In this document: piece after piece, positions 16,986 to 27,047 of the stretch | Position numbering within the stretch: the first letter of the stretch is position 1 | Layout of the letters: the number at the start of each line of letters is the position of its first letter | DNA from: Candidatus Electronema halotolerans | Lineage (GTDB): Bacteria > Desulfobacterota > Desulfobulbia > Desulfobulbales > Desulfobulbaceae | Assembly (NCBI GenBank): GCA_942493095.1 | Contig: OW818675.1 | Span: 180,001 to 212,000, forward strand | Length of the DNA stretch: 32,000 bases | Direction: 5' to 3' | The notes under the pieces: model-generated | Seen by the model: the letters and a program-made list of their open reading frames with translations, nothing else | Database searches by the model: none | Told to the model about the DNA's origin: nothing | Translations under genes and position numbers: made by a program

Positions 16986-18230
16986 TCCGTCGCGCACCAA
17001 CCGGACCGCACTGTTGCTGCTGCGGTCGTCGATGAAGGAAACGCCGTTGCCGAAACTGACGCTAACCGCGCCGTCCAAGTGCGAGTTAAACACATACGGC
17101 GAACCGGACCAAACAACGGATGCCTTAGTATTCGGAAAAGCCTGTTGATTGATCGTCGGTTCTTCCGACCCATCGTTACACCAACCGCTCTCTTTGTTCA
17201 CCCCCTTGCTGCAATACACCAAGGTTTTCAGTTCATCAATGGTCGGCATCCGCCAGTCAGTATGGTCTGCGTATTCAACATTCTTGAAATGCTTCACCGC
17301 CTCATTCCATGTGTAATACTTCAGCTCGCCCTTTTCGCAGTTCACGCCGGACAAACCTTCTGAGCAGCGTTTCCATATCAAACCGGTTTTCGTGTCAGTG
17401 ACTGTGCCATCGCCATGATAAATATATTGCCCGATTGCTCTGTCTTGCTGTGGCATTTTCTCAGCATTAGGCAGGGGCTGTAGCTTTGGAACTGTCTGCC
17501 GGGACACTGATCCGCCGCGCACCAACCGGACCGCGTTGCCGTCGCTGCGATTGCCGCGAGCGTCGAGACCGGAATAGCCGTGGCCGAAATTGACGAGCCA
17601 CGCATAGGCCGTGCTGTTCGCATCCGGCGACCCGGACCAGTACCACTCCCAAGTATTCGGAAAAGCCTGCTGGTTGATGGTTGGACGTTCCGACTCATCG
17701 TTGCATTCGCCGTCATCTTTGTCTTTCACTCCCTTGCTGCAATGCACCAAGGTTTTCAGTTCATCAATGGTGGGCAGCCGCCAATCAGCATAGCCTGCGT
17801 ATTCAACATTCTTGAAACGCTGCACCGCATCGTCCCATTTATAACTTACCACCTTACCATCTTCGCAGTTATCACCGGATAAACCATCTGAGCATCGTTT
17901 CCACATCAATCCGGTTTTGGTGTCGGTGACTGTACCATCGCCATGATCAATATATTGCCCGATTGTTGTGACTTTTGGTTCTTCGCTGCTGTCAGCAGGC
18001 ATCGATTCCTGCTCCGGCTGGACAATGACAGCAGGAGGTTTTGATGAGGCGGAATTCTTTCCACCGCTATGATGTGCGCCGAACATATACAGTCCCACGC
18101 CTGCTGCCGAACAAAACAAACCGGCAAAAATGAAAAGCAGCAGTTTCGATCTTGGAGGCTGGGGAGGAACCTGCATCTCCTGTTTGCGTTTTTCCTTCGC
18201 ATCTCTGCCATTCTTGGTAAGGATAATCAT
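16980..18230 (-). CDS. Membrane-anchored protein with two tandem DUF1566/Lcl-C (C-type-lectin-like) domains
   Basis: TM 'LLLFIFAGLFCSAAGVGLYMFG'; two copies of 'IGQYIxHGDGTVTDTKTGLxWKRCSxGLSGxNCExG...DWRxPTIDELKTLVxCSKGV...PTINQQAFPNT...WSGSP...AVRLVR'. Confidence 0.85.
   Translation of the reverse strand: MIILTKNGRDAKEKRKQEMQVPPQPPRSKLLLFIFAGLFCSAAGVGLYMFGAHHSGGKNSASSKPPAVIVQPEQESMPADSSEEPKVTTIGQYIDHGDGTVTDTKTGLMWKRCSDGLSGDNCEDGKVVSYKWDDAVQRFKNVEYAGYADWRLPTIDELKTLVHCSKGVKDKDDGECNDESERPTINQQAFPNTWEWYWSGSPDANSTAYAWLVNFGHGYSGLDARGNRSDGNAVRLVRGGSVSRQTVPKLQPLPNAEKMPQQDRAIGQYIYHGDGTVTDTKTGLIWKRCSEGLSGVNCEKGELKYYTWNEAVKHFKNVEYADHTDWRMPTIDELKTLVYCSKGVNKESGWCNDGSEEPTINQQAFPNTKASVVWSGSPYVFNSHLDGAVSVSFGNGVSFIDDRSSNSAVRLVRDGR
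16991..17142 (-). other. Candidate hypervariable segment of second DUF1566 domain
   Basis: Flanked by GGCTTTTCCGAATACT and GCGGTCCGGTTGGTGCGCG anchors identical to those in the first domain, with strongly diverged interior. Confidence 0.4.
17516..17667 (-). other. Candidate hypervariable segment of first DUF1566 domain
   Basis: Same anchors and same 152-bp length as the 16991-17142 segment, diverged interior. Confidence 0.4.
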
Positions 18231-18943
18231 CCTGCCCCTCCTATCATTGATGTCTCCCAGTTCATCGGCACCTGCGCGCCTTCAGCCTGGACTTTCTCAT
18301 GGACGTATTCGTACAGCTCATTCACCGAGATAAGGTCGTCCTCATCTCTGTCCGCTTCGCCGCTGCGGATGCCCTCCAGCAGATGCTTGGTGAACAGGCC
18401 GTTCGAGTCCCCTTCCTTCTCCACCGCTGTCTGAAACGCAGTCGAGGCGGTCATGATGAAGGTGCCCTGCCCGCCGGACATGAGCTGAAGCTGGTCATCC
18501 ACCCCGCCTTTGACAAACTCCGCCCCTGCCGCGCCGCTGTAGCAGCAGTCAAGAATGAGAATCCTCTTCCGTGTGTCGGAAAGATCAAAATACGTTTTGA
18601 TGACTGCCGCAGGAATAGAGGTGGCCTCAAGAGACGAAAAGACCGTGTTGCTGGCAGCAAGACAGAGATGCCCCAAGCGGTTCAGCTTGCCGTGCCCGGA
18701 GTAATAGACCAGCACCAAGTCATCTTGGGCTGCGGCAGAGAGAATGCTGTTCAGCTTGGGCAGGATTTCGTAGCTGGGCCTGTTCTTGAAGACAACAACC
18801 TCGGCGAACAGCCCAAAGTCCGGCGAGACCAGCAGCTCGTGGAGCGCGTCAACGTCGTTCTCCGGGCAGCGCAGTTCATTCAAGCCCGGCTCTTCCGGGA
18901 ACTTGCTGGCAGCTATGAGGATGGCGTAGCGTTTTCCGGCCAT
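18227..18943 (-). CDS. Caspase-fold (peptidase C14/metacaspase-like) protein
   Basis: 'RYAILIAASKF', catalytic His motif 'LVLVYYSGHGK', catalytic Cys motif 'ILILDCCYSGAAG', 'GTFIMTAST...GLFTKHLLEGI'; stop overlaps the DUF1566 gene start as ATGA. Confidence 0.9.
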   Translation of the reverse strand: MAGKRYAILIAASKFPEEPGLNELRCPENDVDALHELLVSPDFGLFAEVVVFKNRPSYEILPKLNSILSAAAQDDLVLVYYSGHGKLNRLGHLCLAASNTVFSSLEATSIPAAVIKTYFDLSDTRKRILILDCCYSGAAGAEFVKGGVDDQLQLMSGGQGTFIMTASTAFQTAVEKEGDSNGLFTKHLLEGIRSGEADRDEDDLISVNELYEYVHEKVQAEGAQVPMNWETSMIGGAG

Positions 18944-19139
18944 TTCGTTACGGTAGGGGCGTAGGGGCGAAAGATTTTTCGCCCTTTGTTGAGCGCGTCA
19001 ACGTCGTTCTCCGGGCAGCGCAGCTCGGTCAAGCCCGGCTCTTCCGGGAACTTGCTGGCAGCTATGAGGATGGCGTAGCGTTTTCCGGCCATTTCGTTAC
19101 GGTAGGGGCGTAGGGGCGAAAGATTTTTCGCCCCTACCG
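18842..19139. repeat. 149-bp tandem direct duplication covering the caspase gene 5' end and upstream region
   Basis: GAGCGCGTCAACGTCGTTC... at 18842 recurs at 18991; near-identical through the caspase ATG (18943 and 19092) to GATTTTTCGCCC. Confidence 0.95.
18991..19092 (-). pseudogene. Truncated duplicate of the caspase gene start
   Basis: Reads MAGKRYAILIAASKFPEEPGLTELRCPENDVDAL, then runs into the repeat out of register; 149 bp is not a multiple of 3 so it does not fuse to the intact caspase ORF. Confidence 0.75.
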
Positions 19140-19140
19140 T
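19099..19140. repeat. Palindromic GTAGGGGCG...CGCCCCTAC element
   Basis: Perfect 12-bp arms ACGGTAGGGGCG (19099-19110) and CGCCCCTACCGT (19129-19140), plus alternative inner stem TAGGGGCGAAA/TTTCGCCCCTA. Confidence 0.85.
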
Positions 19141-19496
19141 TCAATGCAAAGCTGCTGCACCTTCTGAAGCGTTTGCTCAATCTGAGCCGCACTGAAATGC
19201 TCGGCCTTGATCTTCAGCTTGTTGCCGTCCGCCCTCTCAATCTCAAAGCGCAAAGTCGGCTTGCGCTCAACGTAGGATTTCAACACTTGCAGCAAGGCTA
19301 CCACTGTGCCGGAACCCAGCGCAGCAAGCAGTATATCGCCAATGACACCGCCTCTGCTGCCAAGTCCGCCCGCTGTTTCAACCTGCCTTGCCGTCAGATC
19401 AGTTTCCTGACTGATGTCAAGCCGCAGCCTGCCTGTCAGCTCGGCAATGTCCTCAGCAGACAGGCTGCTGTCGTAAAGGGAAAGTGTCGCGTCCAT
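19134..19496 (-). CDS. EACC1-like (effector-associated constant component) small protein
   Basis: 120 aa from ATG at 19496 with strong AAGGAGG RBS; 'GDILLAALGSGTVVALLQVLKSYVERKPTLRFEIERADGNKLKIKAEHFSAAQIEQTLQKV' matches the known EACC1 layout; immediately upstream of caspase gene. Confidence 0.6.
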   Translation of the reverse strand: MDATLSLYDSSLSAEDIAELTGRLRLDISQETDLTARQVETAGGLGSRGGVIGDILLAALGSGTVVALLQVLKSYVERKPTLRFEIERADGNKLKIKAEHFSAAQIEQTLQKVQQLCIER

Positions 19497-19735
19497 GAGA
19501 ACCGCCTCCTTGAAAAAAGTCCTATTGCTTGGCGCAGAGCTGCAAAATACCATCATGCCTGCGGAGATAACAAGGAGTTTTTTCCTGAGAACGCTGCCCT
19601 GCCGATCTTCTGCCGCAATCCGCCTCCTCAGCCTTCCTGTGTACAACAGGCGGAAGAACGTGCTATACTCTATTATGCTTGCAGTGCATCCGCCCATCTC
19701 TTGCTGATCAAAAGAACAACCGCTGGAGTTTCACC

Positions 19736-21412
19736 ATGCTGACAGCAACACAGTTGTACCAGAACCGATTCACCCTTTTTCAACCTTTCCTGCACAGCAT
19801 CCGCAACCGCTTCTTCCGGGGCCAGCATATTTCCCTGCGCACGGCAGCAGTGCTCGGCTTTGGCGCAGTGCTGTTCATTGCCCTCTATTTTGTCAGCTTG
19901 CGGGTGATCGGCTATTTCCACAGCCAGAGCGAGCTGGGCATCATCCTCAGCCTGAAGATCTTTCAGATGGCCTGGATGATCATGTTCGCCATGCTGATTT
20001 TCTCGTGCATGGTCTCGGCAGTCTCTTCGCTCTACCTGTCCTCGGACAACGAAATCCTCTGCACCGCCCCAGTCCGGGAGGAGCAGCTGTTCCAGATGCG
20101 CTTCATCACCTCCTTCCTCTACACCTCGTGGATGATGCTCATCTTTTCCCTGCCGATCTTCGGGGCCTACGGCACAATCTTCAAGAGCGGCTGGGCGTAT
20201 CATGCGCTCATGGCCTTGTCCGTTCTCAGCACGGCCCTGACTGCCAGCGGCATCGGTTTGGGCGCGACCATTCTTTTAGTCCGGCTCTTTCCAGCCAAGC
20301 AGACCAAAGATATTACCGTCTATCTCTCCCTGCTCTTCGGCATTCTGCTGTATTTAGTCATCCGCCTGCTCAAGCCGGAAGACTTGGCAGACCCGGAAAA
20401 GTTCCCGGATTTTGTTGATTATCTCTCCAGCTTGCAGGCGCCCGGCTCGGCCCTGCTGCCGCCGTCCTGGGCCAATCAGCTGCTTGGCGGCTACTTGCAG
20501 GATCAGAGCATTGACTGGCTGACTGTCGGCCTGCTGCTGCTCACCCCACTGATTATGTATTGGGCCGGAGAATGGCTGATGGCCCGGTTCTTTTATGACG
20601 GCTTCAGCAAGGCGCAAGAATCCTTTGGCGGCCATCTGACCTTTGGCGGCAGCGCATATCATCCCTCGCCCCTGCGCCGCATCTTCCACAAAGAAGCCAC
20701 TCTCTTTCTCCGCGATTCAGTCGAATGGTCGCAGCTCTTTCTCATTGGCGCGATAATAGTAATTCATATCTACAACTTAAAGTTGCTGCCCATTGAACGA
20801 GCACCTATACCGACTGAATTCATGACCAATTTAATCGCCTTTGGCAACCTCGGTGTAGCAGGATTTATTGCCACCTCCTTGGCCGCCCGCTTTGTCTATC
20901 CCTGCATCGGCGCAGAAGGCCCGGCCTTTGCCGCTGTCCGCTCTTCACCTCTGCCGCTGCCCAAGTATTTGTTGTGCAAATATCTGTTCTACTGCATTCC
21001 TTTTACCGGCATCACCTTGTTCCTGATCATCGCTTCCAATGCCATGCTGCGAATCAGCGGGCCAATGTGGTGGGTTTCCATCGGAGTCAGTTTGGTAATC
21101 ACGTGGAGCGCGGTGGGACTGGCCCTCGGCTTCGGGGCGATGTATGCGGACTTCAAGATTGAAAGCAGGACAGCGGTGCAAGGCAGTTTCGGCATGATGC
21201 TCTTCATGTTTGTCTGCCTATCAATGGAGCTGGCTATGCTGATCATCGGCTTCTGGGGCAATTTCCGCCTGCTCCGCTTCTGGCTGCGCGGCCATGCCCT
21301 TGATCCGCTCGGCCTGCTGCTTTCAGTCGGAGCCTTGGCCCTGATCGTCCTGATCGGTGCGGCAGCTTCGTTCTTCTGTCTGCAAAAGGGATTGAAAACG
21401 CTGGAGGAGTAA
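19736..21412 (+). CDS. Multi-pass ABC-exporter-type permease
   Basis: About 12 hydrophobic segments; 'SSLYLSSDNEILCTAPVREEQLFQMRFI' and 'FRR-like' IFHKEATLFLRDSVEWSQ region typical of putative ABC exporter permeases; ATG 19736 preceded by GGAG. Confidence 0.6.
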   Translation: MLTATQLYQNRFTLFQPFLHSIRNRFFRGQHISLRTAAVLGFGAVLFIALYFVSLRVIGYFHSQSELGIILSLKIFQMAWMIMFAMLIFSCMVSAVSSLYLSSDNEILCTAPVREEQLFQMRFITSFLYTSWMMLIFSLPIFGAYGTIFKSGWAYHALMALSVLSTALTASGIGLGATILLVRLFPAKQTKDITVYLSLLFGILLYLVIRLLKPEDLADPEKFPDFVDYLSSLQAPGSALLPPSWANQLLGGYLQDQSIDWLTVGLLLLTPLIMYWAGEWLMARFFYDGFSKAQESFGGHLTFGGSAYHPSPLRRIFHKEATLFLRDSVEWSQLFLIGAIIVIHIYNLKLLPIERAPIPTEFMTNLIAFGNLGVAGFIATSLAARFVYPCIGAEGPAFAAVRSSPLPLPKYLLCKYLFYCIPFTGITLFLIIASNAMLRISGPMWWVSIGVSLVITWSAVGLALGFGAMYADFKIESRTAVQGSFGMMLFMFVCLSMELAMLIIGFWGNFRLLRFWLRGHALDPLGLLLSVGALALIVLIGAAASFFCLQKGLKTLEE

Positions 21413-21426
21413 GCCAGAAAAAGCAA

Positions 21427-21448
21427 GCCCGGAGCAATTGCTCCGGGC
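21427..21448. terminator. Palindrome between convergent genes, putative bidirectional terminator
   Basis: GCCCGGAGCAATTGCTCCGGGC, perfect 10-bp stem, between stop codons of 19736-21412 (+) and glmS (-). Confidence 0.6.
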
Positions 21449-21453
21449 GGCCT

Positions 21454-23292
<1,839 letters not shown>

Positions 23293-23323
23293 AATAATTC
23301 CTTTACAGAGCCTGTAGGAAATA

Positions 23324-24055
23324 TCACGACATGTTGCCGACATTCATCGTCGTGATATTTTGGATAAGAAAATTATTTGACTTTAATCTCTTTGGCAGGG
23401 CATTCGCAGCGAGGAAGGCCATAATCAACAAAAAGGCCACGAGATTCACTTTCAGCACATTGACCAGATAATTTTTCTTTGATTTGGATAAGCCTGCTAT
23501 GATCAACTCCTCCCATAAGGTGGTCAGGCCGATGCTGATGACCAGAGCAGTCAAGACATACAAGTACTTTAATATCCAATATGCCGTCAAAGAGCTGTCT
23601 ATTTGTGACTGCGCAGCCCCAAAGAGAATGAAGGTCATAAAATACAAGATTACGATTGTAGCTGCTACACCTTGCTTGTTCAATGCTGAATGATTTTCAA
23701 TCTGAAGAAAATCGATCAATCTTCCAGCAGGACGAAGTGAGATTAAATAAATAACAGGCAGGAAGAATAACATTGAGGTTGGCACCGAAGCACCCAGAAT
23801 AAGGACAAATCCTATTAATGAACTGACGATGTTGGCGACCACGACAAAGAGGATGGATTTAAGAGCAGGAATTGACCTTTCAAGCCATGCAAAACCAATT
23901 GCTTTCAGGAAGACAATACCAAAAAGCGAATAAAAAGGTGCTCCGAAAAGCATGATCAAAGGGATGACCGGTTCGCAGGCAAATGCGGACTTAGGGAATA
24001 AAAGAGCTGCGGCGAAGATAAAAGCTGCCATATCAGCATATCGTGTTTTTTTCAT
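23324..24055 (-). CDS. Hypothetical membrane protein
   Basis: Signal/TM N-terminus and several hydrophobic segments; no recognised family. Confidence 0.5.
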   Translation of the reverse strand: MKKTRYADMAAFIFAAALLFPKSAFACEPVIPLIMLFGAPFYSLFGIVFLKAIGFAWLERSIPALKSILFVVVANIVSSLIGFVLILGASVPTSMLFFLPVIYLISLRPAGRLIDFLQIENHSALNKQGVAATIVILYFMTFILFGAAQSQIDSSLTAYWILKYLYVLTALVISIGLTTLWEELIIAGLSKSKKNYLVNVLKVNLVAFLLIMAFLAANALPKRLKSNNFLIQNITTMNVGNMS

Positions 24056-24118
24056 GGCTCCAGCCCGTTTCCTCAGTTCAGGTTTTGACGCGCTTCAGTG
24101 TCAAGTCCGCATGATGGA

Positions 24119-24910
24119 TCAATTGTCTCCTTCAGTGCCCAGCACCATCGTCCAATAGTACTGATACCTATGCACGCCCGGATCATTTTGTTTCAAATAC
24201 ACAGCCAGTCCGATGTGGGTGTATTCGGCCCGCAGCATGTTCCAGCGATGTCCTGCGCTCTGCATCCACGATCTGATCGCGCCTTCAGCAGTGGCGTGGC
24301 CAGCACTGATATTCTCGCCAGCTCCCCAATGCCATCCGGCAGCGGCAGCGCGGGACGAAGGCGATGAGCCATCCTGTCCCCGATGATCAAAGAAGTCTAA
24401 TTCCGCCATGTTCCGCGAATGAATCAAGGCTGCTGTGCTGAGTCGGTCATCCAATATCAGCGCGGGAACGCGGTCCGGATCCGCTGGAGCACCTTCCGGT
24501 TTTGGCTCCCGCGTGGAAACATCCGTGCGCCGCTCGTTGGTCAAGGCAAAGGCTTGGTTGATCAGAGCCTTGCCTTGGCTTTCGTCAAGGTCGCCATAAG
24601 AAAGATCAGCAGGAATCTCCAGTGGAGCAGCTTCCTTCAAGGTTGCAGAAACCTGAATATTTTCATTAGGCGGCTCCACCACGGCAAAGACAATTGTGAT
24701 GCCGCTGCGCAGCACCTGCCAGACCGCAGAGGAGGCATCGCTGCTGACAGGATACGGGCCTCGGTAGCGGCCTGCGTCAAAGTCGGCTTTTGGCATGATG
24801 GTCATAAAGCCCAAGGTGCCGCCGCTCCACTCCAATTTGATTTTATCACCGGGTTTTGCCTCAAATTCTTGGAACAGTGCATAGGTTGATCCCCAGTTCA
24901 AGCGTTCCAT
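24119..24910 (-). CDS. CAP (SCP/PR-1) domain protein
   Basis: 'HSRNMAELDFFDHRGQDGSSPSSRAAAAGWHWGAGENISAGHATAEGAIRSWMQSAGHRWNMLRAEYTHIGLAV' is the CAP signature. Confidence 0.85.
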   Translation of the reverse strand: MERLNWGSTYALFQEFEAKPGDKIKLEWSGGTLGFMTIMPKADFDAGRYRGPYPVSSDASSAVWQVLRSGITIVFAVVEPPNENIQVSATLKEAAPLEIPADLSYGDLDESQGKALINQAFALTNERRTDVSTREPKPEGAPADPDRVPALILDDRLSTAALIHSRNMAELDFFDHRGQDGSSPSSRAAAAGWHWGAGENISAGHATAEGAIRSWMQSAGHRWNMLRAEYTHIGLAVYLKQNDPGVHRYQYYWTMVLGTEGDN

Positions 24911-24953
24911 TTTCTCCTCTTGTTTTTTCTGGCAAGTTATATTGGGAAGGCTA

Positions 24954-25508
24954 TCAATTCAACCTGATAGCCTTCCCACCGCCGCCGAGATTCTGACCAT
25001 CTGGACTTTTATACACTCCTCCCCCAGAAAAAGTAGTGATGATCGAATCAGAACCGTTAAGACCAGTTCCATTTTCGCATATCATCTTTTTGACAGTTTG
25101 TGTTCCATCATATACTCGTTGTGTCTTTCCACCGCCGCCGAGATTTTGACCATCTGGACTGAAATAAATACCAGCACCACTGAATGCTGTAACAACACCT
25201 CCACGACAAGGGGTCATTGCTTTGACAGTTTGAGTTCCCTTGTAAACTTTATAAGTTCTTCCACCGCCACCGAGATTTTGACCATCTGGACTTCTATATA
25301 TTCCTCCTCCGCTAAATGCTGTAATTATTTCGCCGTTATAATCTATTAGTGCCAGAGCTTGTTGGGTTCCTTGATAAACAAGAACAGGGTTGCTGCCATT
25401 GTTTGGATAATACAAGATATTTCCATTGGATTGCGGTTTATATGTCCCTGCAAAGAGATTCTCGGTGAACAGTAGCATAGCACTAAAAAGAATAACTATT
25501 TTCTTCAT
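24954..25508 (-). CDS. Secreted repeat protein (SPDGQNLGGGG repeats)
   Basis: Signal peptide 'MKKIVILFSAMLLFTENLFA'; three repeats '(T/A)FSGxGxYxSPDGQNLGGGG(R/K)'. Confidence 0.65.
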   Translation of the reverse strand: MKKIVILFSAMLLFTENLFAGTYKPQSNGNILYYPNNGSNPVLVYQGTQQALALIDYNGEIITAFSGGGIYRSPDGQNLGGGGRTYKVYKGTQTVKAMTPCRGGVVTAFSGAGIYFSPDGQNLGGGGKTQRVYDGTQTVKKMICENGTGLNGSDSIITTFSGGGVYKSPDGQNLGGGGKAIRLN

Positions 25509-25532
25509 TTGATCCTCCCTTGTTGTTTTATT

Positions 25533-26993
25533 TTACAGTTTTGGTGTTTTCCCCTTCACCCCCGCCCGCTGCTCCAGATTCCACGCAGCCCGTAACAACA
25601 TTTCCTCATTGAAATGCGTGGCCTGCATCTGCATTCCTATCGGCAGGCCCTCGGCGGAGAAGCCGCAGGGCACAGAGATGCCGGGTATTCCGGCCAGATT
25701 GGCGGAGATGGTCAGAATATCTGAGAGATACAAGGCGAGTGGATTATCCGCCTTCTGGCCGAGCGGCCAAGACGGGGTCGGCGTGACCGGCGAAACTAAG
25801 AGGTCGCACTGACTGAAGGCCTTGGCAAAATCCTCGCGGATCAGGGTCCGTACCTGCGAGGCTTTCTTGTAATAGGCATCATAATAGCCAGCAGATAACG
25901 CATACGTGCCGATCAAAATGCGCCGTTTGACCTCATCGCCAAAGCCCTGCGAACGGGTCTGGCGGTACATGTCGATCAGGCTGTCCGCCTCCGCCCGTCT
26001 GCCGTAGCGCACCCCGTCATAGCGGGCCAAATTGGAACTGGCCTCTGCCGGAGCAATCAGATAATAAACGGCCACGCAATATTCAGTGTGCGGCAGCGAG
26101 ACATCAACTAATTCCGCTCCGGCCTCGCGCAGCATGTCAATTCCAGCCCGGACAGAGCGGTCAACATCAGGATGCAGCCCCTCGCCAAAATACTCGCAAG
26201 GAATGCCGACCCGGATGCCTTTCATGCCGTCCTGCAAGGCCGCGCTGTAATTAGGCACGTCCTGCTTGGCTGAGGTGGAATCTCGCTGATCATGCCCGGC
26301 AATGGCCTGCATCATCAGGGCGCAGTCGGCCACGTCCTTGGTCAGCGGCCCGACCTGATCCAGTGAGGAGGCAAAGGCCACCAGTCCGTAGCGCGAAACG
26401 CGGCCATAAGTGGGCTTCATGCCGACCACGCCGCAAAGCGAGGCGGGCTGCCGGATGGAACCGCCGGTGTCTGAACCAAGCGAGGCCAAGCATTCGCCTG
26501 CCGCCACCGAGGCTGCCGAACCGCCGCTGGAGCCTCCGGCCACATAGCCAAGTTTCCACGGATTCTGCGGAATTTTATCCTTATAGGCGCAGTTCTCGTT
26601 GGTGGAACCCATAGCAAACTCGTCCATGCTGACCTTGCCGAGCAGGACTGCGTCCTCTGCCAGCAGCTTTTCCACCACAGTTGCGTTGTAGGGCGGAACA
26701 AAGCCTTCCAGCATTTTCGAGCCGCAGGTGGTGGGCATGGTCGCTGTGCAGAGCACGTCCTTGATGGACAAAGGCAGGCCGCAGAGCATTCCGCCTTGGC
26801 CTTGGGCCAGCTTTTTATCCGCCTGCTCTGCCGCCGCCATTGCCTGATCAGGGTGGAGGCTCAGGTAAGCCCTGACCGTGCCTTCCACCTGCTCAATCCG
26901 GGTCAGCAGTGATTCAGCAAGGGCCACAGCCGTGATTTCCCGCGCCGCCAGCTTCTCCTGCGCCTGCCGCAGGGTGAGTGTATGCAAATCCAT
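25533..26993 (-). CDS. gatA: Aspartyl/glutamyl-tRNA(Asn/Gln) amidotransferase subunit A
   Basis: Amidase signature 'LGSDTGGSIRQPASLCGVVGMKPTYGRVSRYGLVAFASSLDQVGP' and 'SIKDV', 'GSTNENCAYKDKIPQNPW...GGSSGGSAA'. Confidence 0.96.
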   Translation of the reverse strand: MDLHTLTLRQAQEKLAAREITAVALAESLLTRIEQVEGTVRAYLSLHPDQAMAAAEQADKKLAQGQGGMLCGLPLSIKDVLCTATMPTTCGSKMLEGFVPPYNATVVEKLLAEDAVLLGKVSMDEFAMGSTNENCAYKDKIPQNPWKLGYVAGGSSGGSAASVAAGECLASLGSDTGGSIRQPASLCGVVGMKPTYGRVSRYGLVAFASSLDQVGPLTKDVADCALMMQAIAGHDQRDSTSAKQDVPNYSAALQDGMKGIRVGIPCEYFGEGLHPDVDRSVRAGIDMLREAGAELVDVSLPHTEYCVAVYYLIAPAEASSNLARYDGVRYGRRAEADSLIDMYRQTRSQGFGDEVKRRILIGTYALSAGYYDAYYKKASQVRTLIREDFAKAFSQCDLLVSPVTPTPSWPLGQKADNPLALYLSDILTISANLAGIPGISVPCGFSAEGLPIGMQMQATHFNEEMLLRAAWNLEQRAGVKGKTPKL

Positions 26994-27047
26994 TTTCGGT
27001 AACAGCCTGAAGGTTATTTTGCGCAAACAAGCTCTTGCGAGTTGGAA

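Noticed and set aside
16980-18230. Complete diversity-generating retroelement
   Set aside because: No reverse transcriptase, accessory protein or template repeat in the window, and the two segments differ by indels as well as substitutions. Only a variable-target hypothesis is kept.
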